Notes: generated from the letters alone by a model not told the origin. DNA of 64,000 nucleotides from Bacteroidales bacterium UBA5762 (GCA_002418865.1 DIEY01000002.1:32824-96823), one strand, 5' to 3'. Positions 10,444-21,035 are shown, counted from the first letter of the stretch. Program-made: numbers and translations.

Positions 10444-11634
10444 CTATAGCCTTATATTATCTTTTGTAATGTCATAAACATGTCGTAAAATTTTCATATC
10501 AACATTAGTAAGTTCCATTCCACGTCGTTTGTAAACTTCTTTAGCTGTTTCTAAAGCTTTATCGAAGTCGTAGCCTGAGTAACCAGTTCCTGGACCTCCC
10601 CATACGAAAGATGCCACAAAGTTGCGTTGATAGCCTGCACCAAACACATTCGAACTAATACCTACAACAGAACCCGTATTAAATGTAGTATTAATACCTG
10701 TTTTAGAGTGATCTCCCATAACCAGCCCGCAAAATTGCAATCCTGTATCTATAAAACGCGATTGTGGATAATTCCACATCTTAATACTTTTGTAATTATT
10801 GTTTAGATTGGCAGCATTAGTGCCGGCAGCAATATTACACCATTGGCCAATGACAGAGTGACCTAAATATCCACTATGTGGCTTGTTGGAGTAGGCCATG
10901 ATAATAGAATTTTCAACCTCACCTCCCACTTTCGAATGTGAACCAATAGTAGTAGCCTCATCAATGATAGAATTCATTTTCACAATGGCGCTGTCTCCCA
11001 CAGCAATAGGGCCTCTTAAACTAGCACCTTCCCAAATTTGAGCATTATGACCAATGTAAATAGGTCCATCCGTGGCATTTAAATTACAATTTTCAACCAC
11101 TGCACCCTCCTCTATAAAAATGTTCTCAGGTGCGATTATACGATTACTCCTACTGGGCTCCACAGATTTACGCCCTTTGGTCAGAATAGCATAATCAGCC
11201 TCAATTTGCTTGGCATTGTTCAAAAACAAATCCCATAAATAATTGATTTTTACGATATCTATATCGGTAACTATTTCTTCTATTCCCTCTGTATCGCCTT
11301 CTCCAATCTTATCTAAATTTTCTAACAAAACATGAACTGCGATAATGGCATCTTTATTTACCAAAGCTTGATTGGGACGCAAGTTCCGGATAGCTTCTAT
11401 CAATTCATCATTGGGAAGAATCGATCCATTGATGAGGATATTATTCTTCCCCTTATAAATAGGGTATTTCTCGATTAAATATTCCTCTGTAAGACTCGAT
11501 GTACTATCTCCCAAATAATGTTCCCATTTCTGACGAATGCTAAGTATGCCTGTCAGCAAATCAGCTACAGGCCTCAAAAAAGTCAATGGCAATAGATTGT
11601 TCCGCGAAAAATCATCAAAAAGAATGTAATTCAT
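10444..11634 (-). CDS. GlmU-family putative sugar nucleotidyltransferase with a left-handed beta-helix (hexapeptide) C-terminal half
   Basis: The N-terminus ILFDD..LLPLTFLRPVADLLTGILSIRQKWE is nucleotidyltransferase-like. The C-terminal half has hexapeptide-repeat character (IGHNAQIWEGASLRGPIAVGDSAIVKMNSII..IGSHSKVGGEVENSII). Confidence 0.65.
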   Translation of the reverse strand: MNYILFDDFSRNNLLPLTFLRPVADLLTGILSIRQKWEHYLGDSTSSLTEEYLIEKYPIYKGKNNILINGSILPNDELIEAIRNLRPNQALVNKDAIIAVHVLLENLDKIGEGDTEGIEEIVTDIDIVKINYLWDLFLNNAKQIEADYAILTKGRKSVEPSRSNRIIAPENIFIEEGAVVENCNLNATDGPIYIGHNAQIWEGASLRGPIAVGDSAIVKMNSIIDEATTIGSHSKVGGEVENSIIMAYSNKPHSGYLGHSVIGQWCNIAAGTNAANLNNNYKSIKMWNYPQSRFIDTGLQFCGLVMGDHSKTGINTTFNTGSVVGISSNVFGAGYQRNFVASFVWGGPGTGYSGYDFDKALETAKEVYKRRGMELTNVDMKILRHVYDITKDNIRL

Positions 11635-11954
11635 ATCTCAAAATTACTTGTGTGAATAAATTGAATAAATGAACAAGCTTCTGTTATTTCTAATTACAAT
11701 TATTTGACAAAATTAAAATTTAAAGGTTCGATACACACAATTTTTATCCATAATTATTCAATCGGATGGCATAACGAAGGGTATAAATTACCTATTCTCT
11801 TGAAAATCATTTTGTAAACAAAGAATTAATTTCTATCGAAAGGGGAGTATTTTGATATAAACCAGCAAACAGACCAAACTCAATCATCACCTATAAAACA
11901 TTGTTTCTATCACTCGGGTTAGTTTTAATCACTTAAAATCAGCTCTGCAACGAT

Positions 11955-11981
11955 GAAAAAACCAGCTTGATTAGCTGGTTC
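11955..11981 (-). terminator. Intrinsic terminator of rpmE
   Basis: Stem aaccagct / agctggtt with a 5-nt loop, followed on the minus strand by a T-run (the A-run at 11956-11961 on plus). Confidence 0.7.
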
Positions 11982-12001
11982 ATTCAAGACTGAGTCTATA
12001 T

Positions 12002-12268
12002 CTATTTCTGTTTCGATTCGTAATGTTTTTGATATCTGCTCTTAAATTTATCGACTCTACCTGCAGTGTCAACCAGAGTTACTTTACCAGTAAAGAAAGG
12101 ATGAGAGGTATTGGAAATTTCAACTTTGACCAATGGATATTCCTTGCCGTCTTCCCACACTATTGTTTCCTTTGTCTTAGCCGTGGAACGGCATAAGAAT
12201 GCATAATCATTCGACATGTCCTTAAACACGACCAAACGGTAATCTGAAGGATGAATATCTTTTTTCAT
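12002..12268 (-). CDS. rpmE: 50S ribosomal protein L31, type B (no zinc-ribbon cysteines)
   Basis: [67 protein letters not shown] moved the start to the internal Met (MKKDIHP). The 9-aa extension in the track ORF is unlikely to be real. Confidence 0.9.
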   Translation of the reverse strand: MKKDIHPSDYRLVVFKDMSNDYAFLCRSTAKTKETIVWEDGKEYPLVKVEISNTSHPFFTGKVTLVDTAGRVDKFKSRYQKHYESKQK

Positions 12269-12340
12269 ATTGCTAATGAACTTTTCGGCCGGCAAAGATA
12301 CAAAAATTTTATTTTGCTAAAGTATGCAATAAAATCTTTT

Positions 12341-13405
12341 TCATAAATCTTCGAGAAATTTCATCGTATCAACACCATCGGCATAATCCCCTAAGGTTGG
12401 CTGTTGTGTTTTCCCAAAACATACTTTATCCATGATTCCATCAATATGGCTAACAATACATTGAGTCTTATCCTTATTTATTTGGATAAATCCTTGAATT
12501 TCCTCAAAGTTCTTATATGGTTGATAATGAAGTACTGCAAGAGGACTTTGTATGGAAGGATTTTGTGTGATAAGCATAAAACCCGTATCATAAAAAGAAA
12601 TGCCATTGACAATCATGACCGCCTTATTATATTCATAATTATTGAAAAATCTCGAATGATACACATAAGTCGAATATTTCTGTAATGCCCCGACTAAAGA
12701 GGTAAAATCGTAATCTTCGGGTATAAGCAAAAAAGATACATTACGGCATCCACGTCCATAATATATCATGATGTCATCTGCTAAGCCCAAAAGTTCCTCT
12801 TGAGTTTCCTTTCCATCGAGAATAGCAATGCCATTCCTATTCCTGCGAATAATGTGAGGATATTTACCAAAATAATATTCAAAATAGCGAGAGGAATTGT
12901 CAGAACCAGTGGCAATTACTGCATCAAAGCCCGAAATCGTATTTTCTGAAATGGTAATAACATCTTTGAAGCCCACTTGCATGGTTTGTAAAAATTCTGA
13001 AAACCAGGGCAGCAAGAGCCGATCATCCGAAGATAATTTTAGCAAAAGTCGATGACCGGATACAAGCACACTTAAAAAATCATGAAAACCTACTGCCGGT
13101 ATATTTCCAGCGCAAACAACCGCCACAGTTTTCTTGTTATATCTTTCTTCGGGTATATTATAACGATTAACCCAGTTCTCTAATTTAGTCTGGTCAAGCA
13201 TATAACTTATGGCATTAAGGGCATATTTTACGTGAAAGGGATCGAACCATGGATTACTGTATTGATACTCGTCGATGATGTTTTGAAGCTTTTCCGCTAA
13301 AGCTCTTTCTTCTGGCGTAGGTATATCATAATCAGTCTTTTGGGTTAACCACCTCAGCAAGTTCCCTAAACGTTTGAAGGCCATTAAGCGCTCAGTCTTT
13401 GTCAT
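12341..13405 (-). CDS. LuxC-like acyl-CoA reductase family protein
   Basis: Size and overall pattern (N-terminal helical region, VCAGNIPAVGFHDFLSVLVSGH, GSDNSSRYFEYYFGKYP) resemble the Bacteroidota proteins annotated as acyl-CoA reductase. This is from recall only. Confidence 0.5.
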   Translation of the reverse strand: MTKTERLMAFKRLGNLLRWLTQKTDYDIPTPEERALAEKLQNIIDEYQYSNPWFDPFHVKYALNAISYMLDQTKLENWVNRYNIPEERYNKKTVAVVCAGNIPAVGFHDFLSVLVSGHRLLLKLSSDDRLLLPWFSEFLQTMQVGFKDVITISENTISGFDAVIATGSDNSSRYFEYYFGKYPHIIRRNRNGIAILDGKETQEELLGLADDIMIYYGRGCRNVSFLLIPEDYDFTSLVGALQKYSTYVYHSRFFNNYEYNKAVMIVNGISFYDTGFMLITQNPSIQSPLAVLHYQPYKNFEEIQGFIQINKDKTQCIVSHIDGIMDKVCFGKTQQPTLGDYADGVDTMKFLEDL

Positions 13406-13416
13406 TTTGAATTCCT

Positions 13417-13424
13417 TACTTTTG
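13417..13424 (+). promoter_or_regulatory. Bacteroidota -7 promoter box (TAnnTTTG)
   Basis: TACTTTTG lies 47 nt upstream of the ATG at 13471. Confidence 0.45.
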
Positions 13425-13470
13425 CAAAACTACACGATTATGCAATAATGAATGGAATTGTTCAAAATCA

Positions 13471-14439
13471 TTGAAAACCTTTATGAAGAAAACAGCCTAT
13501 TGTGCCTTTTTGGGGCTAATAATTACCATATCCATTCATGCCCCTGTTTTAGCCCATAAAACAGATTTGAAAACCGATTCTTTGCTCAAGCAATGGAACA
13601 TCATGTTAAACAGCCTAAGCGACAGCCTTCAAATGGCTGCATCACAGAAAGTAAAAGCCATCTTCCATGAGTACTTTAACACGACTCAAGACCTTCATAT
13701 CGATATTCCCAAGGAGATCAAACTTTCGCTTTTAGCACCATCAGATTCAACTTTTATAATTCTAACTTGGAATATAGCTCTTTCATCGCAAGGCTATTAT
13801 TATGATGGGCTTATAGTTGCCAAAAACAAAACAGATTCCAACCTTAGTATATTCCCATTGACAGATAAATCAGAAGAAATGAGAAATCCAGAAATGAGCA
13901 TTACAAACCCAGACAATTGGTATGGAGCTCTTTATTATCAACTGGCTGAATTCAAAACAGGTAAGGATAAATTTTATGTCTTATTAGGATGGGATGGAGG
14001 CAATGGAATTATACAAAGGAAACTCATAGAAATACTACATTTCAATAAGGATTATTCACCGCAATTCGGATCTAAAATCCTCAATCAATCACCCAAGACT
14101 CGTATAATTTTCGAATATGCTTCGGGAAGCTATTTCGCCTTAAGATATGAAAAACAATATTATCGAAAAAGAGTATGGTATAAACGTAAACCTGTAACAG
14201 AGAGAGCTTCAATGATAGTCATGAATCGGCTGATATATGAGCCCATGGTAGGAGCCAATGTTGCCGTAGGAAATATTTTGGATGCTTATCTCTATGCAGA
14301 TGGAAAACTTGTATTAATTAAGGATATAGATGCCAGAAATCCATCAGAGAAAAATCGGTCTTCTGGCAAAAATCCACCGCAACAAGGGTTACTTCCCTCT
14401 GATGAAGAGAGTAATAAAAAACCGTCAGAGAATTTCTGA
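13471..14439 (+). CDS. Secreted hypothetical protein
   Basis: Signal-peptide-like N-terminus (KKTAYCAFLGLIITISIHAPVLA). I recognise no catalytic motif. The C-terminal tail is basic and low-complexity. Confidence 0.6.
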   Translation: MKTFMKKTAYCAFLGLIITISIHAPVLAHKTDLKTDSLLKQWNIMLNSLSDSLQMAASQKVKAIFHEYFNTTQDLHIDIPKEIKLSLLAPSDSTFIILTWNIALSSQGYYYDGLIVAKNKTDSNLSIFPLTDKSEEMRNPEMSITNPDNWYGALYYQLAEFKTGKDKFYVLLGWDGGNGIIQRKLIEILHFNKDYSPQFGSKILNQSPKTRIIFEYASGSYFALRYEKQYYRKRVWYKRKPVTERASMIVMNRLIYEPMVGANVAVGNILDAYLYADGKLVLIKDIDARNPSEKNRSSGKNPPQQGLLPSDEESNKKPSENF

Positions 14440-14480
14440 CGGTATAGTAGTAATAAAATCAAAACCAGGAGAGGGTAAAT

Positions 14481-14984
14481 CTAATGCATACCCTCATCTT
14501 TCGGCCCATGTTTAGAACGACGCATATCGTCGAGCAATTCTTTCTTAAACATGATTTCGGCCATGTAAAGTTTAAAAACCTTATTGTCAGGTAAAATTTT
14601 CCGAAAACGGGCATTATAGTCTTTCTCGAGATTGAGCAGCTGTGTTTGTTTGGCAAAATAATCATCCATTCTTTGTGCAGATTCTTTATCAGAAAGTGCC
14701 ATTAGCTTATCCAATTCCTGTTTTGAAAGTTTAGGATAGATTTCATTAAGTAATTTATCACGTTTTTCGGAATATTCATTATAAATAGGCCAGAACTCCT
14801 GACTCTCAGAAGGTTTTAAATTCAACTTGGCTGTAAGGTATGCAATTTTTTGTGCTTTAATTTGTTCCCATTTGTCGGATTTATCTTGAGGGGGCTGAGC
14901 AAAACCGATGAAAGGAATCAAAAAAAGAATCAAACCCATCAAACTCGCATATTTTGCAATTTTAATTTTTGCTTTCGTCTTCAT
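14481..14984 (-). CDS. Periplasmic helical protein of the type annotated as 'sensor of ECF-type sigma factor' (Spy/CpxP-like)
   Basis: Signal peptide, then a helical K/E-rich sequence (KAQKIAYLTAKLNLKPSESQEFWPIYNEY). It is the third gene of the sigma / anti-sigma operon, 4 nt from the upstream gene. Confidence 0.6.
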   Translation of the reverse strand: MKTKAKIKIAKYASLMGLILFLIPFIGFAQPPQDKSDKWEQIKAQKIAYLTAKLNLKPSESQEFWPIYNEYSEKRDKLLNEIYPKLSKQELDKLMALSDKESAQRMDDYFAKQTQLLNLEKDYNARFRKILPDNKVFKLYMAEIMFKKELLDDMRRSKHGPKDEGMH

Positions 14985-14988
14985 ATTC

Positions 14989-15510
14989 CTAATATTGAGT
15001 TATATCATAAACCGACATGTGATAGTACAAATAATCTATAACCTCCTCTTCCTTTAATGCCCCATCGGGAATCAAGCCTCTTGAATCGATGACGCTATCC
15101 AAATAATTCTCGCCATCTTGATTAAATGAATTCAAAATATGGCTGTAGGGTAGATTATATAGAATGTGTGAGAAATAATATTCGCTATTTAAACTGTTGT
15201 TCGAATCTAAATTTGCAACTTTTTGTTCATTAGGTCCATAAAATGAGCCAGAAAAAGGAGCAAAAAGGAAAAGCAGTCCAATTAAAGCTGCAGCCATTGC
15301 TGAGATAGATGGGATTAACCATCTTTTGCGAGCAAAATGAACATTCTTCTGAATAGCATTATTAGTATTCTCGGCTTGTATCCTTTGCATAACAACATTA
15401 GGAAGGCTGTTGAAATAATCTTCAGGCACAGGGAAGGAATTCCTTTTCCCGAATAAAGATTCCAGACGTTTTTCAGAAAATTCTATGTCTATTTTCTTTT
15501 TGTCTTTCAT
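14989..15510 (-). CDS. Putative anti-sigma factor (single-pass membrane protein)
   Basis: Lies immediately downstream of the ECF sigma gene. One central TM segment (WLIPSISAMAAALIGLLFLFAPF) follows a short cytoplasmic N-terminus. Confidence 0.6.
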   Translation of the reverse strand: MKDKKKIDIEFSEKRLESLFGKRNSFPVPEDYFNSLPNVVMQRIQAENTNNAIQKNVHFARKRWLIPSISAMAAALIGLLFLFAPFSGSFYGPNEQKVANLDSNNSLNSEYYFSHILYNLPYSHILNSFNQDGENYLDSVIDSRGLIPDGALKEEEVIDYLYYHMSVYDITQY

Positions 15511-15560
15511 TCCTTATACCCTCTTTGTCGATTCTTTTGACAATATTACGAATAAAAGGT

Positions 15561-16109
15561 TTAATAAATATCCAGATGTTGTTCTAATTTTTTAATAGCC
15601 AAATGATAACTCGCTTTTAAGGCTCCAATTGAGGTGCCCAAAATATCCGACATTTGTTCGTAAGTAAGGTCTTCGTAATATTTCATATTGAAAACCAGGC
15701 GTTGTTTAGGTGGCAATTTTAAAATGGCTTTCTGTAACTTGGCTTCGAGCTGATCACCATTAAAATGTAAAGGATTGTCGATCAACTGTTCGAGATGTTT
15801 CTGCACATCCGCTTCGGACGAAAAAATTTTAATTTTCTTGTTTTTCAGATACCTCAAAGATTCATTCACCGCAATGCGATAAATCCATGTATATAAAGAT
15901 GATTCCTGTCTGAAGCTATTCAAATTTTGCCAAACCTTTATAAAAATATCCTGCACAATATCATTAGTATCTTCATGACTGATAACCATCCGCCTGACAA
16001 TAGAATATATACGTTCTTGATAGGCTTTTACCAGCAGCTCAAATCCATAATTTTTAGTTTTTTCTTGAGCTAAGAGATTCAAAAGACGTTTATCATCTTC
16101 TTGAGGCAA
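15561..16109 (-). CDS. ECF-type RNA polymerase sigma-70 family factor
   Basis: Region 2 (DTNDIVQDIFIKVWQNLNSFR..SLYTWIYRIAVNESL) and the region 4 HTH (LTYEQMSDILGTSIGALKASYHLAIKKL). Confidence 0.9.
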   Translation of the reverse strand: MPQEDDKRLLNLLAQEKTKNYGFELLVKAYQERIYSIVRRMVISHEDTNDIVQDIFIKVWQNLNSFRQESSLYTWIYRIAVNESLRYLKNKKIKIFSSEADVQKHLEQLIDNPLHFNGDQLEAKLQKAILKLPPKQRLVFNMKYYEDLTYEQMSDILGTSIGALKASYHLAIKKLEQHLDIY

Positions 16110-16212
16110 AACTACTTGGTTTTAAAGTCAAATGTAATCGTTTATTCCTTACAAGCATCCAATTAGTTAAACGGCTAAATAGTTTCAATAGTATGCAACA
16201 AAACATATTCCT

Positions 16213-16220
16213 TATTTTTG
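16213..16220 (+). promoter_or_regulatory. Bacteroidota -7 promoter box (TAnnTTTG)
   Basis: TATTTTTG lies 23 nt upstream of the ATG at 16243. Confidence 0.45.
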
Positions 16221-16242
16221 CCTGCATTAATTTATTTTTCTG

Positions 16243-19191
16243 ATGAAAACTAACCTGTTCATACCACTTCATATTGCGATTGTTTTATTGTTACTCTTTA
16301 CCACATTTAAGGCAAGGAGTAATCAAGCCGCCATGATAGTCGTTCAGCAACAGGATTCCATTTATTGGATTGATTCGGTATATAATAGTCTATCCACCGA
16401 ACAAAGGATAGCTCAGCTATTTAATATAAGAGTTTACAGTAATAAAAATGAAGATTATTATAGAAACATTGACTCAATTATATCGAAACATCAACCAGGA
16501 GGTATAACATTTTTTCAGGGAGGCCCATACAGACAGGTAATTTTAACCAATCGCTGGCAAAAGCTTTCAACAACTCCTTTGTTAGTAGCTATGGATGCAG
16601 AAAATGGACCAGCCATGCGTCTGGATAGCATAATAGCCTTCCCAAATTTAATGACTTTAGGAGCTATTAGAGATGATTCCCTCATTTATCAAATTGCATT
16701 GGCAATTGGTCAACAATGCAAAAGACTGGGTATTCATATCAATTTTGCCCCCGTTGCCGATATAAACAATAATCCTCTCAATCCTGTCATTAATTATCGT
16801 TCATCAGGCGAAAACCCCTCACAAGTGGCCCATATCGTTTCTCTTTTTATCAATGGGATGCATCAAGCCGGTATAATGACAACTTTAAAGCATTTTCCAG
16901 GACATGGAGATACAGAAATTGATTCTCATTATGGTTTGCCAGTTATAAAAAAATCGTTTCGAGAACTCGAAGCAACTGAATTGGTTCCTTTTACGAATAA
17001 TCTATCACTAAGTGATGCCGTTATGATAGGTCATATTTCAATGCCATCGCTCGATACAGTGAATTCATTGCCCGCAAGCCTCTCCCCTATTATCACAGAT
17101 CACATCTTGAGAGATATATTGGGATTTAAAGGTCTTATTATTACTGATGCACTCGACATGAAGGGGGTTGGTAGCTATCGGACAGCTGGCGAAAAAGAAT
17201 TACTTGCATTCTTGGCTGGTAATGATATTCTTCTGCTTCCAGAAGATTTAAATGCCGCAATTCAAAAAATTAAAAATGTTGTTGATTCAGCCTTAGTACC
17301 TTACCAATTTCTCGAAGAAAAATGCAAACGAATACTCGCTTACAAATACAAAGCCGGCCTATACAACATTCAACCCATTAAAACCGAAAACCTTCTCAAT
17401 GATTTAAATCAACCTCATTATACAGTATTGATTAAGGAAGCCTATCGCAAAGCCATCACCCTCATCAATCAACCCATCTCTGTTCCCATTCATCCTAATC
17501 ATTACGAAAAAATCATTTACATCCCTATTCATGACGAAAACACAGCTTTTGACGAAGAAATGAAAATTTTATTCCCTCATGACAAATTTCCTCTTCCCAC
17601 TCCCTCTGATACCTTATTATGCAAAAAAATTTTAGATACAATTGAAAATTACGACTTACTGATATTGACACTTTCTCCACCCTCAAGCTTAGCTTCTAAA
17701 AATTACGGGCTTAATAATGATTTTACTCGCTTTATTAATGCTTTACCCAAAAACAAATCGGGTGTAATGGTTATTTTTGGTAGCCCTTACATTGCCAGTG
17801 CTTTAGAGCCTCTCTTCAACAATCAGTCCATACTTATCACCTATCAAAATAATCCTTTCACCGGTAAATTGGCTGCTCATGCTTTATATGGAGCCAATGC
17901 CGTAAGCGGTCATCTTCCAGTTGGTATTAATCGTGAGATTTTATCAGGAACTGGTATAGAGACAGAAACCTTACAGGTACTCGGTTTCTCGTCTCCTAAA
18001 GAAGTTAATGTAGATGAAGTCAGCTTAACAAAAATAGATGAAATTGCTATTGAAGGAATCGAAAACGGCGCATACAGCGGATGTCAGATCCTGTTGGCAC
18101 GCCATGGTAAAGTATTTTATTATAAATCGTTTGGCTATCTCGATATTAACCATAGCATTCCAGTAAAGAATAGCGATTTGTATGATCTGGCTTCTATTAC
18201 AAAAATTGCTGCCACTACTTTGGTTACTATGAAACTTTTCGATGAAAATAAAATTGATAATGATACTAAGCTAAAAGACTTATTGCCTAAGTTGGAAAAC
18301 CGCAAACTGTATAATACAAAAGTCATCGATATTATGTATCACCAAGCTGGTTTATTTCCATGGATTGCTTATTATAAAGCCACATTGGAAAATGGAAGTC
18401 CCAGCCAAAAATATTATCGCACTCAGGTTGAGTCTGGCTTTGAAGTGCCCGTCGCTAAGAATCTATATTTGCGAAATGATTACATAGATACCATCATTTC
18501 GATAATAGATCGCACACCTATAGGACAGAAAGGACAATATAAATATAGTGATTTGGGGTTTATCTTATTAAGGTTTGGTTATGAAAACTTAACTAAAACC
18601 CCTTTCGAGGAATACCTTTACACAAATTTTTATCATCCTATGGGTTTATCATCTATGGTATACAATCCTTTAAGATGGTTTAAACCAGAACGAATTGCGC
18701 CTACATTGATCGATACAGAATTTCGCAAACAGTTATTGCATGGTTATGTTCATGATCCGGCGGCCGCCATGTTGGGAGGAGTCTCGGGGCATGCAGGTCT
18801 ATTTTCACATGCTTTCGATCTCGCTCGTATTATGCAAATGCTCCTCTGGGAAGGTGAATATAATCATATTAAGTTTTTCGAGAAAGAAACTGTACATTAT
18901 TTCACGTCTGCCGTCGAAAATGGGAAGTATAATCGTAGAGGATTAGGTTTTGATAAACCCCCCAAAGTTTCAAATTCATTCGATGGGCCGGTTTGCTCTT
19001 TAGCCTCTCCCAACAGCTTTGGTCATTCAGGCTTTACGGGTACTTATGTTTGGGCCGACCCTGTCCACGACCTCATTTATGTTTTCTTAAGCAACCGAAT
19101 CCATCCTTCCGACCAGAATGAAATAATCAATAAACTCAATATACGAACACGAATTCATCAAGCCGCCTATGAAGCTTTAATAGATTATTGA
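16243..19191 (+). CDS. Fusion protein: GH3 beta-N-acetylhexosaminidase-like N-terminal domain plus serine beta-lactamase/PBP-like hydrolase C-terminal domain
   Basis: GH3 motifs: FAPVADIN..NP, KHFPGHGDTEIDSHYGLPVI and IITDALDMKG. The C-terminal half has SxxK (LASITKIAATT), YSDLGF and HSGFTGT, typical of class-C-like serine hydrolases. A signal/anchor sequence sits at the N-terminus. Confidence 0.85.
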   Translation: MKTNLFIPLHIAIVLLLLFTTFKARSNQAAMIVVQQQDSIYWIDSVYNSLSTEQRIAQLFNIRVYSNKNEDYYRNIDSIISKHQPGGITFFQGGPYRQVILTNRWQKLSTTPLLVAMDAENGPAMRLDSIIAFPNLMTLGAIRDDSLIYQIALAIGQQCKRLGIHINFAPVADINNNPLNPVINYRSSGENPSQVAHIVSLFINGMHQAGIMTTLKHFPGHGDTEIDSHYGLPVIKKSFRELEATELVPFTNNLSLSDAVMIGHISMPSLDTVNSLPASLSPIITDHILRDILGFKGLIITDALDMKGVGSYRTAGEKELLAFLAGNDILLLPEDLNAAIQKIKNVVDSALVPYQFLEEKCKRILAYKYKAGLYNIQPIKTENLLNDLNQPHYTVLIKEAYRKAITLINQPISVPIHPNHYEKIIYIPIHDENTAFDEEMKILFPHDKFPLPTPSDTLLCKKILDTIENYDLLILTLSPPSSLASKNYGLNNDFTRFINALPKNKSGVMVIFGSPYIASALEPLFNNQSILITYQNNPFTGKLAAHALYGANAVSGHLPVGINREILSGTGIETETLQVLGFSSPKEVNVDEVSLTKIDEIAIEGIENGAYSGCQILLARHGKVFYYKSFGYLDINHSIPVKNSDLYDLASITKIAATTLVTMKLFDENKIDNDTKLKDLLPKLENRKLYNTKVIDIMYHQAGLFPWIAYYKATLENGSPSQKYYRTQVESGFEVPVAKNLYLRNDYIDTIISIIDRTPIGQKGQYKYSDLGFILLRFGYENLTKTPFEEYLYTNFYHPMGLSSMVYNPLRWFKPERIAPTLIDTEFRKQLLHGYVHDPAAAMLGGVSGHAGLFSHAFDLARIMQMLLWEGEYNHIKFFEKETVHYFTSAVENGKYNRRGLGFDKPPKVSNSFDGPVCSLASPNSFGHSGFTGTYVWADPVHDLIYVFLSNRIHPSDQNEIINKLNIRTRIHQAAYEALIDY

Positions 19192-19271
19192 GATGATATC
19201 AAAAAACTTCAGCTTTCCAATAAATGCTATGATGTTAGACAACTTTATTAAAAAAAATTTGTTATTCCTTC

Positions 19272-20198
19272 ATGACTTCTATTGCTAAACCTAATATTGA
19301 TTCGCGCAATAGCTCTCAACAAAGATTAGGGTTCACTATTGCCTTAAATCTCTTGATCGCTAGCGTAGAAGTTGTTGGTGGAATTATTTCTGGTTCGCTG
19401 GCATTAATTTCTGACGCTGTGCATAATTTGGCCGACGTTTTATCATTAATTATCAGCTATTTCGCTATCAGATTAACCAGAAAAAAATCAAATCTGCATA
19501 ATACATTTGGTTATCATCGAGCAGAGATTATAGCCGCTTTCATCAATGCCACTATTTTAGCCGGACTTACCTTATTTTTAATCATTCAGGCTTTTGTTAG
19601 GTTTTTCCATCCTCTGCAAATAAAGGTGGATACCATGGGAATAGTTGCTTTTATAGGTTTAGGGGCAAATTTGGCTGGTGTGCTGTTGCTGAAAAAAACT
19701 TCTTCTCAAAGTTTAAATATTCGTTCATCTTATTTACATCTGATTGGAGATACCCTGTCTTCAGTAGCAGTCATCCTCGGTGCTTTACTTATTCAATTAA
19801 CAAAACTTGCTTTTATCGATCCCCTCATTACAATTTTGATAAGCCTTTATATTATCAAAGAAACATGGACTGTTTTACAGCGTTCTACAAGTATTCTAAT
19901 GATGGCGGCTCCTCATGACATCAATATCCAACTCATTAAGAACGAAATAGAAAAAATAGAAGAGGTTTCGAATGTCCATCATGTTCATATATGGCAATTA
20001 GACGATAAAACCATACATTTTGAAGCACATATTCGTTTGGCAAAAAATGTTACCATTAAAGAAGCCGATATTATTCGACAAAAAATCGAAGATTATCTCA
20101 TCAATAATTTTGCTATTCATCATGTTACTTTGCAGATCGAGCCACAAGAAACCGATAATGGTTGCCCCTCAAATTCATTATTAGGCACAACTCACTAA
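19272..20198 (+). CDS. Cation diffusion facilitator (CDF) family metal efflux transporter
   Basis: Six-TM pattern with HxxxD metal-site motifs in TM2 (AVHNLADV) and TM5 (HLIGDTLSS), plus a C-terminal cytoplasmic domain (VHHVHIWQLDD..HVTLQIE). Confidence 0.85.
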   Translation: MTSIAKPNIDSRNSSQQRLGFTIALNLLIASVEVVGGIISGSLALISDAVHNLADVLSLIISYFAIRLTRKKSNLHNTFGYHRAEIIAAFINATILAGLTLFLIIQAFVRFFHPLQIKVDTMGIVAFIGLGANLAGVLLLKKTSSQSLNIRSSYLHLIGDTLSSVAVILGALLIQLTKLAFIDPLITILISLYIIKETWTVLQRSTSILMMAAPHDINIQLIKNEIEKIEEVSNVHHVHIWQLDDKTIHFEAHIRLAKNVTIKEADIIRQKIEDYLINNFAIHHVTLQIEPQETDNGCPSNSLLGTTH

Positions 20199-20207
20199 AA
20201 AATTTTT

Positions 20208-21035
20208 ATGAAGGAAAACTCAAAAATAAAAACTGTTACTCTTTGGATTATATCATTCATCATTATGATAGGGTCTTCGATATATCAAAGAATGACTGGG
20301 CCAACGCATCCTTTACCTGTAGAGTTAGAAATTGAAGACACGGTTTACCATTTCAAATTAATCAGGAGCCATGGAGGCGAAGGGAATGCCCAAATAGTTC
20401 TTCAAATTCCGGATACTTCCATCAAAGGAATAATGGCTTATAAGCCTCTAAATTCCATAACGAATTGGATAAGAGATAGTCTGACAAGGTCAGGGAATAG
20501 TTTGATAGCCCACCTACCCCATCAGCCACCAGCAGGAACACTTCAATATGAGATTAATTTAATAAAAAACAATCGTATTTATCCTTTATCTACAAAACCA
20601 GTCAAAATCAGATTTAAGGGGGATGTTCCTGCTTATATACTTATACCGCATATTCTCTTGATGTTTGTGGCTATGCTTTTCTCATTACGAGCCGGTTTTG
20701 AAGCTTTGGTAAAAGGGAATAATACGTATCGCCTGGCCTTGTTTTCAACCATATTTCTCACAGTAGGGGGATTAGTATTTGGCCCTTTAGTACAAAAATT
20801 CGCCTTTGGACAGTATTGGACGGGTTGGCCTATTGGCCAGGATCTGACCGATAATAAGACCATAGCAGCTATAATCATCTGGTTTATAGCTACTTTGCAA
20901 TTAAAAAAGAATCCTTCAAACAGACTTTGGCCAATATTAGCTGCAATCTTTACCCTTTTCATTTTTCTTATTCCGCATAGCGTTTGGGGCTCTCAATTCG
21001 ATTATCAAACCGGACAAATTAATACGGGAAAATAA
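20208..21035 (+). CDS. Integral membrane hypothetical protein
   Basis: An N-terminal TM segment, a ~130-aa extracytoplasmic segment, then 4-5 TM helices. No recognisable motif. It starts 10 nt after the CDF gene. Confidence 0.6.
   Translation: MKENSKIKTVTLWIISFIIMIGSSIYQRMTGPTHPLPVELEIEDTVYHFKLIRSHGGEGNAQIVLQIPDTSIKGIMAYKPLNSITNWIRDSLTRSGNSLIAHLPHQPPAGTLQYEINLIKNNRIYPLSTKPVKIRFKGDVPAYILIPHILLMFVAMLFSLRAGFEALVKGNNTYRLALFSTIFLTVGGLVFGPLVQKFAFGQYWTGWPIGQDLTDNKTIAAIIIWFIATLQLKKNPSNRLWPILAAIFTLFIFLIPHSVWGSQFDYQTGQINTGK

Noticed and set aside
12269-12295. N-terminal extensions in track ORFs: L31 (+9 aa), ParA (+3 aa), the PUR-like protein (+23 aa), DUF5683 (+28 aa), and the permease (+14 aa).
   Set aside because: Family-typical N-termini begin at internal Met codons. 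The extensions overlap upstream genes or add unlikely hydrophobic or basic leaders.
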